Shown: positions 1 to 12,653 of the stretch, piece by piece
How the letters are laid out: every line of letters begins with the position of its first letter
Position numbering within the stretch: position 1 is the first letter of the stretch
DNA from: Auanema rhodensis
Lineage: Eukaryota > Animalia > Nematoda
Reading direction: 5' to 3'
Length of the DNA: 64,000 nucleotides
Assembly: GCA_964057225.1 (NCBI GenBank)
Contig: OZ059900.1
Location: 25,730,001-25,794,000 of the forward strand
Position numbers and translations under genes: made by a program
Notes under the pieces: model-generated
The model's database searches: none
Told to the model about the DNA's origin: nothing
Seen by the model: only the letters and a program-made list of their open reading frames with translations

Positions 1-342
1 CCTCAGAATATGCTAATTTCCTTAATTTTCTAACCCCTGTTTTTTTGTCGTGAAAGTGGAACTAGACGTTGTACGAACAATTTTGAGCTAGGTTTCATTG
101 ACATTGCATGAGTTTGAACACATGAAATCGTAAGTCAAAACCTTGTTTACAGCGAAATTTCCAAAAACTGGTTTTCCAGCATAATACAATATTTCTCATG
201 GGAAATACTGTGTTTTTGTATTTTTTTAGTGTTCAGCATGTAAAATGCGTCATTTTAGTATGTAAAACGCTGAAATTCGTTGCATTTGACGACTCATATG
301 AACAAAAATCGATTTTATCAATATTAGCCATAAGGGGCGTGC
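1..342. repeat. Representative type-A monomer
   Basis: Diagnostic alleles: TTTTTTTAG (m226 T), CAGCATGTAAAATGCGTC, TATGTAAAACG, ATCGATTTTATC (m316 T). Confidence 0.95.
232..274. other. Nested inverted repeat (potential hairpin/cruciform), present with variants in each monomer
   Basis: TAAAATG (241-247) / CATTTTA (251-257) around a 3-nt loop, enclosed by TTCAGC (232-237) / GCTGAA (269-274). Function not shown. Confidence 0.6.
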
Positions 343-684
343 CCTCAGAATATGCTAATTTCCTTAATTTTCTAACCCCTGTTTTTTTGTCGTGAAAGTG
401 GAACTAGACGTTGTACGAACAATTTTAAGCTAGGTTTCATTGACATTGCATGAGTTTGAACACATGAAATCGTAAGTCAAAACCTTGTTTACAGCGAAAT
501 TTCCAAAAACTGGTTTTCCAGCATAATACAATATTTCTCATGGGAAATACTGTGTTTTTGTATTTTTTTAGTGTTCAGCATGTAAAATGCGTCATTTTAG
601 TATGTAACACGCTGAAATTCGTTGCATTTGACGACTCATATGAACAAAAATCGATTTAATCAATATTAGCCATAAGGGGCGTGC

Positions 685-1026
685 CCTCAGAATATGCTAA
701 TTTCCTTAATTTTCTAACCCCTGTTTTTTTGTCGTGAAAGTGGAACTAGACGTTGTACGAACAATTTTGAGCTAGGTTTCATTGACATTGCATGAGTTTG
801 AACACATGAAATCGTAAGTCAAAACCTTGTTTACAGCGAAATTTCCAAAAACTGGTTTTCCAGCATAATACAATATTTCTCATGGGAAATACTGTGTTTT
901 TGTATTTTTCTAGTGTTCAGAATGTAGAATGCTTCATTTTAGTACGTAACACGCTGAAATTCGTTGCATTTGACGACTCATATGAACAAAAATCGATTTA
1001 ATCAATATTAGCCATAAGGGGCGTGC
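685..1026. repeat. Representative type-B monomer
   Basis: Diagnostic alleles: TTTTTCTAG, CAGAATGTAGAATGCTTC, TACGTAACACG, ATCGATTTAATC. Seven linked differences from type A (m226, 237, 243, 249, 261, 266, 316). Confidence 0.93.
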
Positions 1027-4000
1027 CCACAGAATATGCTAATTTCCTTAATTTTCTAACCCCTGTTTTTTTGTCGTGAAAGTGGAACTAGACGTTGTAC
1101 GAACAATTTTGAGCTAGGTTTCATTGACATTGCATGAGTTTGAACACATGAAATCGTAAGTCAAAACCTTGTTTACAGCGAAATTTCCAAAAACTGGTTT
1201 TCCAGCATAATAAAATATTTCTCATGGGAAATACTGTGTTTTTGTATTTTTCTAGTGTTCAGCATGTAAAACGCTTCATTTTAGTATGTAACACGCTGAA
1301 ATTCGTTGCATTTGACGACTCATATGAACAAAAATCGATTTAATCAATATTAGCCATAAGGGGCGTGCCCTCAGAATATGCTAATTTCCTTAATTTTCTA
1401 ACCCCTGTTTTTTGTCGTGAAAGTGGAACTAGACGTTGTACGAACAATTTTGAGCTAGGTTTCATTGACATTGCATGAGTTTGAACACATGAAATCGTAA
1501 GTCAAAACCTTGTTTACAGCGAAATTTCCAAAAACTGGTTTTCCAGCATAATAAAATATTTCTCATGGGAAATACAGTGTTTTTGTATTTTTTTAGTGTT
1601 CAGCATGTAAAATGCGTCATTTTAGTATGTAAAACGCTGAAATTCGTTGCATTTGACGACTCATATGAACAAAAATCGATTTTATCAATATTAGCCATAA
1701 GGGGCGTGCCCTCAGAATATGCTAATTTCCTTAATTTTCTAACCCCTGTTTTTTTGTCGTGAAAGTGGAACTAGACGTTGTACGAACAATTTTAAGCTAG
1801 GTTTCATTGACATTGCATGAGTTTGAACACATGAAATCGTAAGTCAAAACCTTGTTTACAGCGAAATTTCCAAAAACTGGTTTTCCAGCATAATACAATA
1901 TTTCTCATGGGAAATACTGTGTTTTTGTATTTTTTTAGTGTTCAGCATGTAAAATGCGTCATTTTAGTATGTAAAACGCTGAAATTCGTTGCATTTGACG
2001 ACTCATATGAACAAAAATCGATTTTATCAATATTAGCCATAAGGGGCGTGCCCTCAGAATATGCTAATTTCCTTAATTTTCTAACCCCTGTTTTTTTGTC
2101 GTGAAAGTGGAACTAGACGTTGTACGAACAATTTTGAGCTAGGTTTCATTGACATTGCATGAGTTTGAACACATGAAATCGTAAGTCAAAACCTTGTTTA
2201 CAGCGAAATTTCCAAAAACTGGTTTTCCAGCATAATACAATATTTCTCATGGGAAATACCGTGTTTTTGTATTTTTCTAGTGTTCAGAATGTAGAATGCT
2301 TCATTTTAGTACGTAACACGCTGAAATTCGTTGCATTTGACGACTCATATGAACAAAAATCGATTTAATCAATATTAGCCATAAGGGGCGTGCCCTCAGA
2401 ATATGCTAATTTCCTTAATTTTCTAACCCCTGTTTTTTTGTCGTGAAAGTGGAACTAGACGTTGTACGAACAATTTTGAGCTAGGTTTCATTGACATTGC
2501 ATGAGTTTGAACACATGAAATCGTAAGTCAAAACCTTGTTTACAGCGAAATTTCCAAAAACTGGTTTTCCAGCATAATACAATATTTCTCATGGGAAATA
2601 CCGTGTTTTTGTATTTTTCTAGTGTTCAGAATGTAGAATGCTTCATTTTAGTACGTAACACGCTGAAATTCGTTGCATTTGACGACTCATATGAACAAAA
2701 ATCGATTTAATCAATATTAGCCATAAGGGGCGTGCCCTCAGAATATGCTAATTTCCTTAATTTTCTAACCCCTGTTTTTTTGTCGTGAAAGTGGAACTAG
2801 ACGTTGTACGAACAATTTTAAGCTAGGTTTCATTGACATTGCATGAGTTTGAACACATGAAATCGTAAGTCAAAACCTTGTTTACAGCGAAATTTCCAAA
2901 AACTGGTTTTCCAGCATAATAAAATATTTGTCATGGGAAATACAGTGTTTTTGTCTTTTTTTAGTGTTCAGCATGTAAAATGCGTCATTTTAGTATGTAA
3001 AACGCTGAAATTCGTTGCATTTGACGACTCATATGAACAAAAATCGATTTTATCAATATTAGCCATAAGGGGCGTGCCCTCAGAATATGCTAATTTCCTT
3101 AATTTTCTAACCCCTGTTTTTTTGTCGTGAAAGTGGAACTAGACGTTGTACGAACAATTTTGAGCTAGGTTTCATTGACATTGCATGAGTTTGAACACAT
3201 GAAATCGTAAGTCAAAACCTTGTTTACAGCGAAATTTCCAAAAACTGGTTTTCCAGCATAATAAAATATTTCTCATGGGAAATACTGTGTTTTTGTATTT
3301 TTCTAGTGTTCAGCATGTGAAATGCTTCATTTTAGTATGTAACACGCTGAAATTCGTTGCATTTGACGACTCATATGAACAAAAATCGATTTAATCAATA
3401 TTAGCCATAAGGGGCGTGCCCTCAGAATATGCTAATTTCCTTAATTTTCTAACCCCTGTTTTTTTGTCGTGAAAGTGGAACTAGACGTTGTACGAACAAT
3501 TTTAAGCTAGGTTTCATTGACATTGCATGAGTTTGAACACATGAAATCGTAAGTCAAAACCTTGTTTACAGCGAAATTTCCAAAAACTGGTTTTCCAGCA
3601 TAATACAATATTTCTCATGGGAAATACTGTGTTTTTGTATTTTTTTAGTGTTCAGCATGTAAAATGCGTCATTTTAGTATGTAAAACGCTGAAATTCGTT
3701 GCATTTGACGACTCATATGAACAAAAATCGATTTTATCAATATTAGCCATAAGGGGCGTGCCCTCAGAATATGCTAATTTCCTTAATTTTCTAACCCCTG
3801 TTTTTTTGTCGTGAAAGTGGAACTAGACGTTGTACGAACAATTTTGAGCTAGGTTTCATTGACATTGCATGAGTTTGAACACATGAAATCGTAAGTCAAA
3901 ACCTTGTTTACAGCGAAATTTCCAAAAACTGGTTTTCCAGCATAATACAATATTTCTCATGGGAAATACCGTGTTTTTGTATTTTTCTAGTGTTCAGAAT

Positions 4001-4445
4001 GTAGAATGCTTCATTTTAGTACGTAACACGCTGAAATTCGTTGCATTTGACGACTCATATGAACAAAAATCGATTTAATCAATATTAGCCATAAGGGGCG
4101 TGCCCTCAGAATATGCTAATTTCCTTAATTTTCTAACCCCTGTTTTTTTGTCGTGAAAGTGGAACTAGACGTTGTACGAACAATTTTGAGCTAGGTTTCA
4201 TTGACATTGCATGAGTTTGAACACATGAAATCGTAAGTCAAAACCTTGTTTACAGCGAAATTTCCAAAAACTGGTTTTCCAGCATAATAAAATATTTGTC
4301 ATGGGAAATACAGTGTTTTTGTATTTTTTTAGTGTTCAGCATGTAAAATGCGTCATTTTAGTATGTGAAACGCTGAAATTCGTTGCATTTGACGACTCAT
4401 ATGAACAAAAATCGATTTTATCAATATTAGCCATAAGGGGCGTGC

Positions 4446-4787
4446 CCTCAGAATATGCTAATTTCCTTAATTTTCTAACCCCTGTTTTTTTGTCGTGAAA
4501 GTGGAACTAGACGTTGTACGAACAATTTTGAGCTAGGTTTCATTGACATTGCATGAGTTTGAACACATGAAATCGTAAGTCAAAACCTTGTTTACAGCGA
4601 AATTTCCAAAAACTGGTTTTCCAGCATAATAAAATATTTCTCATGGGAAATACTGTGTTTTTGTATTTTTCTAGTGTTCAGCATGTAAAATGCTTCATTT
4701 TAGTATGTAACACGCTGAAATTCGTTGCATTTGACGACTCATATGAACAAAAATCGATTTAATCAATATTAGCCATAAGGGGCGTGC
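4446..4787. repeat. Representative type-C monomer
   Basis: TTTTTCTAG, CAGCATGT[A/G]AAATGCTTC, TATGTAACACG, ATCGATTTAATC, usually with m187 A; intermediate between A and B. Confidence 0.92.
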
Positions 4788-7700
4788 CCTCAGAATATGC
4801 TAATTTCCTTAATTTTCTAACCCCTGTTTTTTTGTCGTGAAAGTGGAACTAGACGTTGTACGAACAATTTTGAGCTAGGTTTCATTGACATTGCATGAGT
4901 TTGAACACATGAAATCGTAAGTCAAAACCTTGTTTACAGCGAAATTTCCAAAAACTGGTTTTCCAGCATAATAAAATATTTCTCATGGGAAATACAGTGT
5001 TTTTGTATTTTTTTAGTGTTCAGCATGTAAAATGCGTCATTTTAGTATGTAAAACGCTGAAATTCGTTGCATTTGACGACTCATATGAACAAAAATCGAT
5101 TTTATCAATATTAGCCATAAGGGGCGTGCCCTCAGAATATGCTAATTTCCTTAATTTTCTAACCCCTGTTTTTTTGTCGTGAAAGTGGAACTAGACGTTG
5201 TACGAACAATTTTGAGCTAGGTTTCATTGACATTGCATGAGTTTGAACACATGAAATCGTAAGTCAAAACCTTGTTTACAGCGAAATTTCCAAAAACTGG
5301 TTTTCCAGCATAATACAATATTTCTCATGGGAAATACTGTGTTTTTGTATTTTTCTAGTGTTCAGAATGTAGAATGCTTCATTTTAGTACGTAACACGCT
5401 GAAATTCGTTGCATTTGACGACTCATATGAACAAAAATCGATTTAATCAATATTAGCCATAAGGGGCGTGCCCTCAGAATATGCTAATTTCCTTAATTTT
5501 CTAACCCCTGTTTTTTTGTCGTGAAAGTGGAACTAGACGTTGTACGAACAATTTTGAGCTAGGTTTCATTGACATTGCATGAGTTTGAACACATGAAATC
5601 GTAAGTCAAAACCTTGTTTGCAGCGAAATTTCCAAAAACTGGTTTTCCAGCATAATAAAATATTTCTCATGGGAACTACTGTGTTTTTGTATTTTTCTAG
5701 TGTTCAGCATGTAAAATGCTTCATTTTAGTATGTAACACGCTGAAATTCGTTGCATTTGACGACTCATATGAACAAAAATCGATTTAATCAATATTAGCC
5801 ATAAGGGGCGTGCCCTCAGAATATGCTAATTTCCTTAATTTTCTAACCCCTGTTTTTTTGTCGTGAAAGTGGAACTAGACGTTGTACGAACAATTTTGAG
5901 CTAGGTTTCATTGACATTGCATGAGTTTGAACACATGAAATCGTAAGTCAAAACCTTGTTTACAGCGAAATTTCCAAAAACTGGTTTTCCAGCATAATAC
6001 AATATTTCTCATGGGAAACACTGTGTTTTTGTATTTTTTTAGTGTTCAGCATGTAAAATGCGTCATTTTAGTATGTAAAACGCTGAAATTCGTTGCATTT
6101 GACGACTCATATGAACAAAAATCGATTTTATCAATATTAGCCATAAGGGGCGTGCCCTCAGAATATGCTAATTTCCTTAATTTTCTAACCCCTGTTTTTT
6201 TGTCGTGAAAGTGGAACTAGACGTTGTACGAACAATTTTGAGCTAGGTTTCATTGACATTGCATGAGTTTGAACACATGAAATCGTAAGTCAAAACCTTG
6301 TTTACAGCGAAATTTCCAAAAACTGGTTTTCCAGCATAATACAATATTTCTCATGGGAAATACCGTGTTTTTGTATTTTTCTAGTGTTCAGAATGTAGAA
6401 TGCTTCATTTTAGTACGTAACACGCTGAAATTCGTTGCATTTGACGACTCATATGAACAAAAATCGATTTAATCAATATTAGCCATAAGGGGCGTGCCCT
6501 CAGAATATGCTAATTTCCTTAATTTTCTAACCCCTGTTTTTTTGTCGTGAAAGTGGAACTAGACGTTGTACGAACAATTTTGAGCTAGGTTTCATTGACA
6601 TTGCATGAGTTTGAACACATGAAATCGTAAGTCAAAACCTTGTTTACAGCGAAATTTCCAAAAACTGGTTTTCCAGCATAATAAAATATTTCTCATGGGA
6701 AATACAGTGTTTTTGTATTTTTCTAGTGTTCAGAATGTAGAATGCTTCATTTTAGTATGTAAAACGCTGAAATTCGTTGCATTTGACGACTCATATGAAC
6801 AAAAATCGATTTTATCAATATTAGCCATAAGGGGCGTGCCCTCAGAATATGCTAATTTCCTTAATTTTCTAACCCCTGTTTTTTTGTCGTGAAAGTGGAA
6901 CTAGACGTTGTACGAACAATTTTGAGCTAGGTTTCATTGACATTGCATGAGTTTGAACACATGAAATCGTAAGTCAAAACCTTGTTTACAGCGAAATTTC
7001 CAAAAACTGGTTTTCCAGCATAATACAATATTTCTCATGGGAAATACCGTGTTTTTGTATTTTTCTAGTGTTCAGAATGTAGAATGCTTCATTTTAGTAC
7101 GTAACACGCTGAAATTCGTTGCATTTGACGACTCATATGAACAAAAATCGATTTAATCAATATTAGCCATAAGGGGCGTGCCCTCAGAATATGCTAATTT
7201 CCTTAATTTTCTAACCCCTGTTTTTTTGTCGTGAAAGTGGAACTAGACGTTGTACGAACAATTTTGAGCTAGGTTTCATTGACATTGCATGAGTTTGAAC
7301 ACATGAAATCGTAAGTCAAAACCTTGTTTACAGCGAAATTTCCAAAAACTGGTTTTCCAGCATAATAAAATATTTGTCATGGGAAATACAGTGTTTTTGT
7401 ATTTTTTTAGTGTTCAGCATGTAAAATGCGTCATTTTAGTATGTAAAACGCTGAAATTCGTTGCATTTGACGACTCATATGAACAAAAATCGATTTTATC
7501 AATATTAGCCATAAGGGGCGTGCCCTCAGAATATGCTAATTTCCTTAATTTTCTAACCCCTGTTTTTTTGTCGTGAAAGTGGAACTAGACGTTGTACGAA
7601 CAATTTTGAGCTAGGTTTCATTGACATTGCATGAGTTTGAACACATGAAATCGTAAGTCAAAACCTTGTTTACAGCGAAATTTCCAAAAACTGGTTTTCC

Positions 7701-8207
7701 AGCATAATACAATATTTCTCATGGGAAATACTGTGTTTTTGTATTTTTCTAGTGTTCAGAATGTAGAATGCTTCATTTTAGTACGTAACACGCTGAAATT
7801 CGTTGCATTTGACGACTCATATGAACAAAAATCGATTTAATCAATATTAGCCATAAGGGGCGTGCCCTCAGAATATGCTAATTTCCTTAATTTTCTAACC
7901 CCTGTTTTTTTGTCGTGAAAGTGGAACTAGACGTTGTACGAACAATTTTGAGCTAGGTTTCATTGACATTGCATGAGTTTGAACACATGAAATCGTAAGT
8001 CAAAACCTTGTTTACAGCGAAATTTCCAAAAACTGGTTTTCCAGCATAATAAAATATTTCTCATGGGAAATACTGTGTTTTTGTATTTTTCTAGTGTTCA
8101 GCATGTGAAATGCTTCATTTTAGTATGTAACACGCTGAAATTCGTTGCATTTGACGACTCATATGAACAAAAATCGATTTAATCAATATTAGCCATAAGG
8201 GGCGTGC
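4788..8207. repeat. Putative 10-monomer higher-order repeat unit (rotated phase)
   Basis: Order A, B, C, A(aaacac), B(ccg), B/A hybrid, B(ccg), A(tttgtc), B, C(gtga); a circular permutation of the block at 32147-35565. Confidence 0.7.
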
Positions 8208-9917
8208 CCTCAGAATATGCTAATTTCCTTAATTTTCTAACCCCTGTTTTTTTGTCGTGAAAGTGGAACTAGACGTTGTACGAACAATTTTGAGCTAGGT
8301 TTCATTGACATTGCATGAGTTTGAACACATGAAATCGTAAGTCAAAACCTTGTTTACAGCGAAATTTCCAAAAACTGGTTTTCCAGCATAATACAATATT
8401 TCTCATGGGAAATACTGTGTTTTTGTATTTTTCTAGTGTTCAGAATGTAGAATGCTTCATTTTAGTACGTAACACGCTGAAATTCGTTGCATTTGACGAC
8501 TCATATGAACAAAAATCGATTTAATCAATATTAGCCATAAGGGGCGTGCCCTCAGAATATGCTAATTTCCTTAATTTTCTAACCCCTGTTTTTTTGTCGT
8601 GAAAGTGGAACTAGACGTTGTACGAACAATTTTGAGCTAGGTTTCATTGACATTGCATGAGTTTGAACACATGAAATCGTAAGTCAAAACCTTGTTTACA
8701 GCGAAATTTCCAAAAACTGGTTTTCCAGCATAATAAAATATTTCTCATGGGAAATACTGTGTTTTTGTATTTTTCTAGTGTTCAGCATGTAAAATGCTTC
8801 ATTTTAGTATGTAACACGCTGAAATTCGTTGCATTTGACGACTCATAAGAACAAAAATCGATTTAATCAATATTAGCCATAAGGGGCGTGCCCTCAGAAT
8901 ATGCTAATTTCCTTAATTTTCTAACCCCTGTTTTTTTGTCGTGAAAGTGGAACTAGACGTTGTACGAACAATTTTGAGCTAGGTTTCATTGACATTGCAT
9001 GAGTTTGAACACATGAAATCGTAAGTCAAAACCTTGTTTACAGCGAAATTTCCAAAAACTGGTTTTCCAGCATAATAAAATATTTGTCATGGGAAATACA
9101 GTGTTTTTGTATTTTTTTAGTGTTCAGCATGTAAAATGCGTCATTTTAGTATGTAAAACGCTGAAATTCGTTGCATTTGACGACTCATATGAACAAAAAT
9201 CGATTTTATCAATATTAGCCATAAGGGGCGTGCCCTCAGAATATGCTAATTTCCTTAATTTTCTAACCCCTGTTTTTTTGTCGTGAAAGTGGAACTAGAC
9301 GTTGTACGAACAATTTTGAGCTAGGTTTCATTGACATTGCATGAGTTTGAACACATGAAATTGTAAGTCAAAACCTTGTTTACAGCGAAATTTCCAAAAA
9401 CTGGTTTTCCAGCATAATACAATATTTCTCATGGGAAATACTGTGTTTTTGTATTTTTCTAGTGTTCAGAATGTAGAATGCTTCATTTTAGTACGTAACA
9501 CGCTGAAATTCGTTGCATTTGACGACTCATATGAACAAAAATCGATTTAATCAATATTAGCCATAAGGGGCGTGCCCTCAGAATATGCTAATTTCCTTAA
9601 TTTTCTAACCCCTGTTTTTTTGTCGTGAAAGTGGAACTAGACGTTGTACGAACAATTTTGAGCTAGGTTTCATTGACATTGCATGAGTTTGAACACATGA
9701 AATCGTAAGTCAAAACCTTGTTTACAGCGAAATTTCCAAAAACTGGTTTTCCAGCATAATAAAATATTTCTCATGGGAAATACTGTGTTTTTGTATTTTT
9801 CTAGTGTTCAGCATGTGAAATGCTTCATTTTAGTATGTAACACGCTGAAATTCGTTGCATTTGACGACTCATAAGAACAAAAATCGATTTAATCAATATT
9901 AGCCATAAGGGGCGTGC

Positions 9918-12653
9918 CCTCAGAATATGCTAATTTCCTTAATTTTCTAACCCCTGTTTTTTTGTCGTGAAAGTGGAACTAGACGTTGTACGAACAATTT
10001 TGAGCTAGGTTTCATTGACATTGCATGAGTTTGAACACATGAAATCGTAAGTCAAAACCTTGTTTACAGCGAAATTTCCAAAAACTGGTTTTCCAGCATA
10101 ATAAAATATTTGTCATGGGAAATACAGTGTTTTTGTATTTTTTTAGTGTTCAGCATGTAAAATGCGTCATTTTAGTATGTAAAACGCTGAAATTCGTTGC
10201 ATTTGACGACTCATATGAACAAAAATCGATTTTATCAATATTAGCCATAAGGGGCGTGCCCTCAGAATATGCTAATTTCCTTAATTTTCTAACCCCTGTT
10301 TTTTTGTCGTGAAAGTGGAACTAGACGTTGTACGAACAATTTTGAGCTAGGTTTCATTGACATTGCATGAGTTTGAACACATGAAATCGTAAGTCAAAAC
10401 CTTGTTTACAGCGAAATTTCCAAAAACTGGTTTTCCAGCATAATACAATATTTCTCATGGGAAATACTGTGTTTTTGTATTTTTCTAGTGTTCAGAATGT
10501 AGAATGCTTCATTTTAGTACGTAACACGCTGAAATTCGTTGCATTTGACGACTCATATGAACAAAAATCGATTTAATCAATATTAGCCATAAGGGGCGTG
10601 CCCTCAGAATATGCTAATTTCCTTAATTTTCTAACCCCTGTTTTTTTGTCGTGAAAGTGGAACTAGACGTTGTACGAACAATTTTGAGCTAGGTTTCATT
10701 GACATTGCATGAGTTTGAACACATGAAATCGTAAGTCAAAACCTTGTTTACAGCGAAATTTCCAAAAACTGGTTTTCCAGCATAATAAAATATTTCTCAT
10801 GGGAAATACTGTGTTTTTGTATTTTTCTAGTGTTCAGCATGTGAAATGCTTCATTTTAGTATGTAACACGCTGAAATTCGTTGCATTTGACGACTCATAT
10901 GAACAAAAATCGATTTAATCAATATTAGCCATAAGGGGCGTGCCCTCAGAATATGCTAATTTCCTTAATTTTCTAACCCCTGTTTTTTTGTCGTGAAAGT
11001 GGAACTAGACGTTGTACGAACAATTTTGAGCTAGGTTTCATTGACATTGCATGAGTTTGAACACATGAAATCGTAAGTCAAAACCTTGTTTACAGCGAAA
11101 TTTCCAAAAACTGGTTTTCCAGCATAATAAAATATTTCTCATGGGAAATACAGTGTTTTTGTATTTTTTTAGTGTTCAGCATGTAAAATGCGTCATTTTA
11201 GTATGTAAAACGCTGAAATTCGTTGCATTTGACGACTCATATGAACAAAAATCGATTTTATCAATATTAGCCATAAGGGGCGTGCCCTCAGAATATGCTA
11301 ATTTCCTTAATTTTCTAACCCCTGTTTTTTTGTCGTGAAAGTGGAACTAGACGTTGTACGAACAATTTTGAGCTAGGTTTCATTGACATTGCATGAGTTT
11401 GAACACATGAAATCGTAAGTCAAAACCTTGTTTACAGCGAAATTTCCAAAAACTGGTTTTCCAGCATAATACAATATTTCTCATGGGAAATACTGTGTTT
11501 TTGTATTTTTCTAGTGTTCAGAATGTAGAATGCTTCATTTTAGTACGTAACACGCTGAAATTCGTTGCATTTGACGACTCATATGAACAAAAATCGATTT
11601 AATCAATATTAGCCATAAGGGGCGTGCCCTCAGAATATGCTAATTTCCTTAATTTTCTAACCCCTGTTTTTTTGTCGTGAAAGTGGAACTAGACGTTGTA
11701 CGAACAATTTTGAGCTAGGTTTCATTGACATTGCATGAGTTTGAACACATGAAATCGTAAGTCAAAACCTTGTTTACAGCGAAATTTCCAAAAACTGGTT
11801 TTCCAGCATAATAAAATATTTCTCATGGGAAATACTGTGTTTTTGTATTTTTCTAGTGTTCAGCATGTAAAATGCTTCATTTTAGTATGTAACACGCTGA
11901 AATTCGTTGCATTTGACGACTCATATGAACAAAAATCGATTTAATCAATATTAGCCATAAGGGGCGTGCCCTCAGAATATGCTAATTTCCTTAATTTTCT
12001 AACCCCTGTTTTTTTGTCGTGAAAGTGGAACTAGACGTTGTACGAACAATTTTGAGCTAGGTTTCATTGACATTGCATGAGTTTGAACACATGAAATCGT
12101 AAGTCAAAACCTTGTTTACAGCGAAATTTCCAAAAACTGGTTTTCCAGCATAATACAATATTTCTCATGGGAAACACTGTGTTTTTGTATTTTTTTAGTG
12201 TTCAGCATGTAAAATGCGTCATTTTAGAATGTAAAACGCTGAAATTCGTTGCATTTGACGACTCATATGAACAAAAATCGATTTTATCAATATTAGCCAT
12301 AAGGGGCGTGCCCTCAGAATATGCTAATTTCCTTAATTTTCTAACCCCTGTTTTTTTGTCGTGAAAGTGGAACTAGACGTTGTACGAACAATTTTGAGCT
12401 AGGTTTCATTGACATTGCATGAGTTTGAACACATGAAATCGTAAGTCAAAACCTTGTTTACAGCGAAATTTCCAAAAACTGGTTTTCCAGCATAATACAA
12501 TATTTCTCATGGGAAATACCGTGTTTTTGTATTTTTCTAGTGTTCAGAATGTAGAATGCTTCATTTTAGTACGTAACACGCTGAAATTCGTTGCATTTGA
12601 CGACTCATATGAACAAAAATCGATTTAATCAATATTAGCCATAAGGGGCGTGC
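9918..12653. repeat. 8 of 10 monomers of the higher-order unit
   Basis: Order A(tttgtc), B, C(gtga), A, B, C, A(aaacac), B(ccg). Confidence 0.7.

Noticed and set aside
30-36. Telomere-like CTAACCC
   Set aside because: A single isolated copy per monomer; expected by chance.
98-103. TTGACA as a bacterial -35 element
   Set aside because: No -10 hexamer at the proper spacing, and the context is a satellite array.
275-291. CENP-B-box-like motif ATTCGTTGCATTTGACG
   Set aside because: Matches the TTCG....A half but lacks the essential CGGG (6 of 9 core bases), so it is not a canonical box.
1-342. Primate alpha-satellite dimer (2 x 171 bp)
   Set aside because: The length matches, but beyond short words (CTCAGAA, GAGTTTGAAC) I cannot align it to the alphoid consensus from memory; BLASTN would settle it.
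1-342. Tandem 5S rRNA, tRNA or snRNA gene unit
   Set aside because: No recognisable 5S or tRNA sequence, cloverleaf or Pol III A/B/C boxes; an Infernal/Rfam scan would be definitive.
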